Assembly (NCBI GenBank): GCA_038870975.1
Contig: JAVZJD010000001.1
Location: 768,001-832,000 of the forward strand
DNA from: Candidatus Bathyarchaeia archaeon
GTDB lineage: Archaea; Thermoproteota; CALKCG01; B24
Direction of reading: 5' to 3'
DNA length: 64,000 bases
Made by a program: the position numbers and the translations under genes. Numbering within the stretch: position 1 is the stretch's first letter; each line of letters begins with the position of its first letter. Shown here piece after piece: positions 58,750 to 64,000 of this stretch. The notes below the pieces were generated by a model. The model did not search any database, was not told the origin of the DNA, and was given only the letters and a program-made list of their open reading frames with translations.

Positions 58750-60105
58750 ATCTCAGAGAAAAAGCTTAGTCCAATGGATATATATAGGCTTCTGCCTAAG
58801 ACGAACTGTGGAAAATGCGGGTCGCCAACATGTATGGCTTTTGCCTTTAAACTAGCCCAAGGAGCTGTAACAGTCGATAAATGTCCATTTCTCACGGATG
58901 AAGCTAAACGTGCCCTAATGGGTTTAACAGCCCCCCCTGTAGCCGTAGTCTCTATAGGTCATGGGGGTAGAGAAGTCAAATTAGGTGGAGAGCGCGTTTC
59001 CTTCAGGCATGAAGATAAATTTTACAATGAGCCAGCTATAGCCGTAGAGTTAAACGACCTTATAGATGTAGATGCCCTTGAGACGGCTTTGAAGACGCTA
59101 AAAGAATATGAAGTTGAGAGAATGGGTCAAACTTTAAAGATAAATATGTTGGCCCTTAGAAACCTCTCAAGTGAGGATGATGCCTTCATAAGGCTGGTAG
59201 AGGCCGTTAAAGCTGTGGGGTACCCGTTGATAATCTCCACTGAAAACCCCACGTTGGCTAATAGGACTTTAGATATCCTCAAAGGCGAGCGCCCCCTCCT
59301 ACATGGTGCGTCTCTGAGAAATATCACTATCATGGCTATGCTCGCTAAAAGGTTCAACTGTCCAATTTCTATAAAAGCGTCTGACTGGAGGGAGCTTATA
59401 TCCTGCATCGATAGGCTTAAGGGGTTGGGCTTCTCGGAAATAGTCTTACAGCCTCCAGGCGATACGCTTAAACAACTCGTAGAGAATTTGACGATTATAC
59501 GTAGACTCGCTATCGACAAGAAATTCTCTAAACTTGGATATCCCACAATAGTTTTCTCTAGCGATGTTAAATCCAATGTGCCAGAACATCTAACGGTTTC
59601 AGCATTACTGGTTCGATATGCGAGTATAATCGTAGTTAAACCTGAAGTATTGCCACTTATACGTCCAGTAATGCTTCTCAGGCAGTCGATAATGATGGAT
59701 CCGAGGGCTCCGATATCCATCAAGTCAGGCCTATATAGGATAGGTAAGCCTAGTGAAAACAGTCCAGTACTATTAACGACAAACTACGCTTTAACATTCC
59801 ATATATTGAGAAACGACTTAGAAAATCAAAATGTGGACTGTCATCTCCTTGTGGTTGATACGGGAGGTCTCTCGGTAGCCTGCTCTGTAGCTGGCAATAA
59901 GCTCAAGCCGGACTCTGTTAGGCAAATGATTGAAGAAACGGATTTAGAAGCTAAGGTGGCACATAGAACGCTTGTGATCCCAGGTAGAGCAGCTAAACTG
60001 GCTGGAGAAATTGAAGATATAACTGGCTGGAGGGTTTTAATAGGCCCGTTTAATTCGAAGGATATAGGAGATTTTCTCAGAAAACATAATCTTATTGGAC
60101 GGTAG
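58750..60105 (+). CDS. cdhE: CdhE paralog (copy 2); start at ATC 58750 or ATG 58774
   Basis: LPKTNCGKCGSPTCMAFA...CP, GGE.V.FRHE, DPR, TNYALT, GW.V.IGP. Confidence 0.85.
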   Translation: MSEKKLSPMDIYRLLPKTNCGKCGSPTCMAFAFKLAQGAVTVDKCPFLTDEAKRALMGLTAPPVAVVSIGHGGREVKLGGERVSFRHEDKFYNEPAIAVELNDLIDVDALETALKTLKEYEVERMGQTLKINMLALRNLSSEDDAFIRLVEAVKAVGYPLIISTENPTLANRTLDILKGERPLLHGASLRNITIMAMLAKRFNCPISIKASDWRELISCIDRLKGLGFSEIVLQPPGDTLKQLVENLTIIRRLAIDKKFSKLGYPTIVFSSDVKSNVPEHLTVSALLVRYASIIVVKPEVLPLIRPVMLLRQSIMMDPRAPISIKSGLYRIGKPSENSPVLLTTNYALTFHILRNDLENQNVDCHLLVVDTGGLSVACSVAGNKLKPDSVRQMIEETDLEAKVAHRTLVIPGRAAKLAGEIEDITGWRVLIGPFNSKDIGDFLRKHNLIGR

Positions 60106-61837
60106 CCTCGTTAACGATTTCCTTTATCTTGGCTTCTGCAACGGTTAAAGCCTTTTTAACGTCTTCAGGGCTTATCACACCGTTTGCAGTGGCTGTTTCA
60201 AAGATTCTCTTGGGGATTTTAAGGTTTTGAAATCTAAAACCCTCTTTGAACTTAAACTTATACTTTAAACCGTAGGTTATCCTTCCGATTTTCTCAAGAC
60301 TTTCAACATCGTGGCTGAAACCTATCACGTTTAAAGCCTCCAATACTGTATGCTTATCGTATATGTCTCTTGCGAATAGACATACACCGCAGCTTTCCAA
60401 TATACATCTCCACGCCTCTTCCTTTAAGAGGATCTCCACGGCGTTGACAGGGTCTATAGTGAAACCAAGCAGTTTTTGATCTAAACTGTATCCGGCGTTG
60501 CTCAGATGGCTATGTCTCGCCCCTATAGCCGTACCTATTATGAAAGCCAGTCCAGTATGGTAGCCTGCTAAACCATTTCCTCCAATTGCAACTAAGAATT
60601 CCTCGCCAAGGTTTTTATACGGCCTCCCTTGGGCCATAGACAGGTAGAATTCGTTAGGCATAGTTATAATATGCTTAATCATTTCAATGTATTTCTCTAC
60701 GTCCCCCCACTTGGGTTCAACAATCGTCTCATCTAGGCCTATCAATCCTTTTTCATATGCTTCAGTAGCCCATGCAAGCATAGTTCCAGTCATCATAGCG
60801 TCTAACCCGTATCTATCGCAGACAGCTCTAAGCTTAAGTACATCCATGGAGTTTCCAACGCCTAGGTTTGAACCCAACGCGTATATCGGCTCGTAGTCAT
60901 ATCCTACCTCTAAAGACTCGACTTCATGCTCATCTGCGAAGAAGCTTCTCAATATGGCTACGTGTTTACACCCTATTGGACATAGGGGGCAGGTGTTCTT
61001 CCTAATTAGGAGGTTGTCGGCGAAGTATTCTCCTGAAATTTGATCAGCATATTCGAAATATCCAAGTTTAAAGTTCATCGTTGGGAGTGCTTTAATCTTA
61101 TTTAAAGTTAAAACGTTCTGAGGTGTTCCAAGGTCGTGGTATTTACGCATCTTACCGCTTTTAACAACATCATCGTAGATTTTCTCGAACATCCTCTTAT
61201 ATGCATCTAGGTTCTTAACAGATATTTCACCGCATCCTGTGATACGTATGGCTTTAAGGTTTTTGGCGCCCATTACTGCACCCAAGCCTGTTCTTCCAAA
61301 GAAATTATACCCGTCTACGAGAACGTTGGCATAGTAGACAAAGTTTTCCCCAGCGGGTCCTATGGCTGCAGTCGACCGTATACCGCATGGGCTTGGTTCA
61401 TCCAAAGCCATGATAGTGCTTAAACTACTCATCTTTTTTAAAGAAGATGCACTGTTGATTTTAACCTCTCCATTGTCTCCAATATCAAGCCACACCGGTT
61501 TTGAAGAAGCCCCTATGATGACTATGGCCTCGTATCCAGCCAGTCTTATGGCTACCCCGAGTCTTCCACCAGCATGGCTTTCACCCAGGTTTCCAGTTAA
61601 CGGCGATTTGAACATGGCGATAGTCTTCGAGCATACTGGGTAAAGACCTATGAACGGCCCCGATGCTAATACGATCGGGTTTTCAGGTGCAAAGGGGTCT
61701 ACGCCGTCTGGGCAATATTCATTCAGTAGGTTTATTGCCAGTCCGGAGCCGCCTATAAACCTCTCCACAAGCTCTCTCCTATTTTCAACCCAGCTTAAGC
61801 CATCTGTCAAGTTTATGAAGAGTATATCTCCGTTCAT
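60092..61837 (-). CDS. Tungsten-containing AOR-family oxidoreductase, large subunit
   Basis: FKSPLTGNLGESHAGGR, IGPAGE, GR.GLGAVMG.KNLKA, CPLCPIGC, DYE, D.YGLD, GVCLF. Confidence 0.9.
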   Translation of the reverse strand: MNGDILFINLTDGLSWVENRRELVERFIGGSGLAINLLNEYCPDGVDPFAPENPIVLASGPFIGLYPVCSKTIAMFKSPLTGNLGESHAGGRLGVAIRLAGYEAIVIIGASSKPVWLDIGDNGEVKINSASSLKKMSSLSTIMALDEPSPCGIRSTAAIGPAGENFVYYANVLVDGYNFFGRTGLGAVMGAKNLKAIRITGCGEISVKNLDAYKRMFEKIYDDVVKSGKMRKYHDLGTPQNVLTLNKIKALPTMNFKLGYFEYADQISGEYFADNLLIRKNTCPLCPIGCKHVAILRSFFADEHEVESLEVGYDYEPIYALGSNLGVGNSMDVLKLRAVCDRYGLDAMMTGTMLAWATEAYEKGLIGLDETIVEPKWGDVEKYIEMIKHIITMPNEFYLSMAQGRPYKNLGEEFLVAIGGNGLAGYHTGLAFIIGTAIGARHSHLSNAGYSLDQKLLGFTIDPVNAVEILLKEEAWRCILESCGVCLFARDIYDKHTVLEALNVIGFSHDVESLEKIGRITYGLKYKFKFKEGFRFQNLKIPKRIFETATANGVISPEDVKKALTVAEAKIKEIVNEATVQ

Positions 61838-62245
61838 TTAGACCTCCTCACCGTAGTATAGGACTTCGTGTGGACAGAATTTTGCGCACACTCCACACTC
61901 TATGCATATTATCGGCCTCTTACGCTCATCATCCCACTGTAGGGCTTTCAAAGAGCATGCATTTAGGCACGGTCTGTCTTCACAATTTTCACACTTTTCA
62001 GGGTTTAGGAGTTCTACTCCTCCGCCACTCCTCGGCTTTAAAACCTCATATGGGCATGCTGAAGCGCAGTCCGGCTCTTCGCATCCAGAGCATACTGTTA
62101 CTTTAAACCCTAATCCGCTTCTTGAAATCCTTATAGCTGAATACTTAACCGATAAGACACTTCTCAATTCTCTAGAACATACAAAGACACATGTAGCGCA
62201 GTTCATACATCTGTCTTGGTTCTTCACTATAAGCTTAATAGGCAT
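61838..62245 (-). CDS. Polyferredoxin (4Fe-4S) small subunit of the adjacent AOR-family enzyme
   Basis: CMNCATCVFVC, CSGCEEPDCASACP, CENC...CLNAC, CIECGVCAKFCP. Confidence 0.88.
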   Translation of the reverse strand: MPIKLIVKNQDRCMNCATCVFVCSRELRSVLSVKYSAIRISRSGLGFKVTVCSGCEEPDCASACPYEVLKPRSGGGVELLNPEKCENCEDRPCLNACSLKALQWDDERKRPIICIECGVCAKFCPHEVLYYGEEV

Positions 62246-62317
62246 ATTTTATCAAATAGTTAAGCCTTAAAGCATTATAAAAACCTCTTGAGCCTACTTA
62301 GGGCTCGACATATCTAT

Positions 62318-63226
62318 TCATTCTTCGCTCTTCCAATGCTTGACCTCAGAGCGGTCTACCGGGTTCAGCTCGTAGAGTTCTTTCCTCCTAGCCTCAAGCA
62401 TATTCAACTCTTTCCCAGCGTATTCTGCAGAGGTTAAAATTTTCACACCTCTTCTTTCAGCTTCTAAGAGGAGTTCAGATACTCTTTCTCTCCACTCTAA
62501 ATCCCTGAGCAGATGATGGTCTAGAATCATCTGCTCGACGCCTGGCTCTAAAACCCTGCGGAGATTGGCTATAGACGCTTTCAAACTGTTCACAGAGTAT
62601 CTATAGCCAAGCATGTACGTCATAGGTCCATCGATCATGACTACTTTAGGCCTCTTCTCAAGTATGAACTCAACCTGGTCGTTTAAACTCGGGCCTTCGA
62701 CATCGCTCGTGTATAGGAAGCTTTCATCGCCTTCACGTATATAGACTTCAACTACATACCCGAGTTTGGAGTTTGTGCCGTGGAATACAGGCTTGGAAAA
62801 TTCAAGTCCAGTCTCTCCAACCTTCATTTTAAACCCTTCAGCTATCTCTATCTTCTCGGGCAGTCCTTCTATCTGTTTTAGGAAAAACCGTGCTCTTTCT
62901 CTTTGGCTGTAGTTTATATTGTCTCTAGGATTCTTAATGATTACAGTCTTCCCCTCGTAAATCTCAAGGTTTTCCCAGGGGTTGTGATGGTCATAGTGGT
63001 AATGTGTAACTATGATTACGTCTACTTTAAGAGCGTAGTCGACGATGGTCTTCCAATCTTCCTCCAGCTTCCTCCACTCTAGAGGATGCGGAGGCAGACC
63101 ATACCTGTAGGGTCCTAGGGCGACACCTGGGTCTATTAAAATCTTTAAATCCCTAGTTTCCACAAAAGTAGCCATGCTTCTAGTGCCCATTGAGTCTGAG
63201 CTTAGAGGTAGAATTTTCATAGTCAC
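62318..63226 (-). CDS. MBL-fold metallo-hydrolase (UPF0282-like)
   Basis: DS.G.RSM, IDPG..L.P.R.GLPP, THYHYDHH, SD.EGP, DHHLLRD. Confidence 0.85.
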   Translation of the reverse strand: MTMKILPLSSDSMGTRSMATFVETRDLKILIDPGVALGPYRYGLPPHPLEWRKLEEDWKTIVDYALKVDVIIVTHYHYDHHNPWENLEIYEGKTVIIKNPRDNINYSQRERARFFLKQIEGLPEKIEIAEGFKMKVGETGLEFSKPVFHGTNSKLGYVVEVYIREGDESFLYTSDVEGPSLNDQVEFILEKRPKVVMIDGPMTYMLGYRYSVNSLKASIANLRRVLEPGVEQMILDHHLLRDLEWRERVSELLLEAERRGVKILTSAEYAGKELNMLEARRKELYELNPVDRSEVKHWKSEE

Positions 63227-63320
63227 TAGATTAAGTCCTTATACGACAATATAAAGTGTAGACTAGGCCGTACACGTCTGGCTATCGACGTCCGTTTAAA
63301 GCTGATTTAATTGTCTCCTA

Positions 63321-64000
63321 TTATTCTCCGCCAATTTCCTCCAACACTTGAAAGACTTCTCTATAGGTATTCTTAACGGCAGGGTACAGTTTAACGTAGA
63401 CGCTGTAGAATCTATCGTATGCCTTTTTAACGTTCAAATTCGGCTGGTAGATTTTAGACTCTCTGTAGAACTTAGATACTGCGTCGTCGACGTCTTTATA
63501 CAGCTTGGCTCCCAATCCAGCAAGCATGGCGGCTCCAGCGGATGAGGCCTCCGTTATATTTGGCACTATGACGCGCTTACCCGTTATATCTGCCTTAAGC
63601 TGAAGCCAAAACCTTGACCTTGCACCGCCTCCAACAGTCCTAATCTCCTCTATTTCAACGCCGAGCTTCTCCAGTGTTTCAATGTTTAGTCTAAGCTCAT
63701 ACGTTACTCCTTCAACGATAGCTCTTATTATCTCTGGCTTTCCATGTGCTACTGTCAAGCCTATGATCAATCCTCTGGCATACGTATCCCAGTTCGGTGT
63801 TCCAGCACCCATAAAGTACGGAGCCACTAGGAGACCCCCTGAACCTACAGGGGCTTTAGACGCATCTTCCATCATGAGGTCATAAACGCTAACCCCCTTC
63901 TTTGAAGCCTCTTCAACGTATTTTTCTCCAAACTTGTCTCTAAACCATCTTAAGAGTAATCCAGCAGTCGGGTTTGCTCCGAGTATTAGGTAGCGATTTG
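63321..64000 (-). CDS. FGGY carbohydrate kinase (xylulokinase-like), 5' part beyond the window
   Basis: Frame open to the window edge: G.LLRWFRD, PYF.G...P.W, RAIVEG, GGGARS..W.Q..AD, GAA.LAG. Confidence 0.88.
   Translation of the reverse strand, partial: NRYLILGANPTAGLLLRWFRDKFGEKYVEEASKKGVSVYDLMMEDASKAPVGSGGLLVAPYFMGAGTPNWDTYARGLIIGLTVAHGKPEIIRAIVEGVTYELRLNIETLEKLGVEIEEIRTVGGGARSRFWLQLKADITGKRVIVPNITEASSAGAAMLAGLGAKLYKDVDDAVSKFYRESKIYQPNLNVKKAYDRFYSVYVKLYPAVKNTYREVFQVLEEIGGE

Noticed and set aside
1-64000. CRISPR array, transposases, rRNA; numerous antisense ORFs in the track (e.g. 7776-8465, 19248-20117, 30877-31770, 59127-59723)
   Set aside because: No repeat-spacer arrays, IS or rRNA signatures noticed; the antisense ORFs are shadows of well-supported genes on the opposite strand.

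Overview
This is a 64 kb, gene-dense archaeal chromosomal segment. It looks TACK/Thermoproteota-like (GINS23-MCM operon, GatDE, class I LysRS with HVGR/DMGSS motifs, non-canonical tRNA intron, many TTG/GTG starts); a Bathyarchaeia-like anaerobe is plausible, but this is inference. It carries core information-processing genes (rps17e, hel308, mcm, gins23, gatDE, lysS, thrS, rps24e, rps27ae, kae1, tsaC/sua5, lhr), many sugar-catabolic enzymes, a W/Mo uptake plus AOR island next to tRNA-Arg(TCT), mer, and a complete CODH/ACS cluster with a duplicated cdhD/cdhE pair. The standout observation is a 30-nt bulge-helix-bulge (BHB) intron candidate at 15508-15537, carrying an in-frame TAG, inside a protein-coding gene, the AmmeMemoRadiSam radical SAM enzyme. 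Excision at the canonical tRNA-splicing-endonuclease positions restores exactly the conserved PIEKKPLYHF motif and a 344-aa ORF. The same window has a D-loop BHB intron in tRNA-Arg. Other notable items: a threonine-synthase homologue with its PLP lysine replaced by Arg and fused to a PadR-type HTH, several probable CTG/ATA/ATC start codons, a head-to-head truncation scar in the Mo/W island, and two small ORFs missing from the ORF track. No database searches or folding programs were run; family calls come from recognised motifs and structures were paired by hand.
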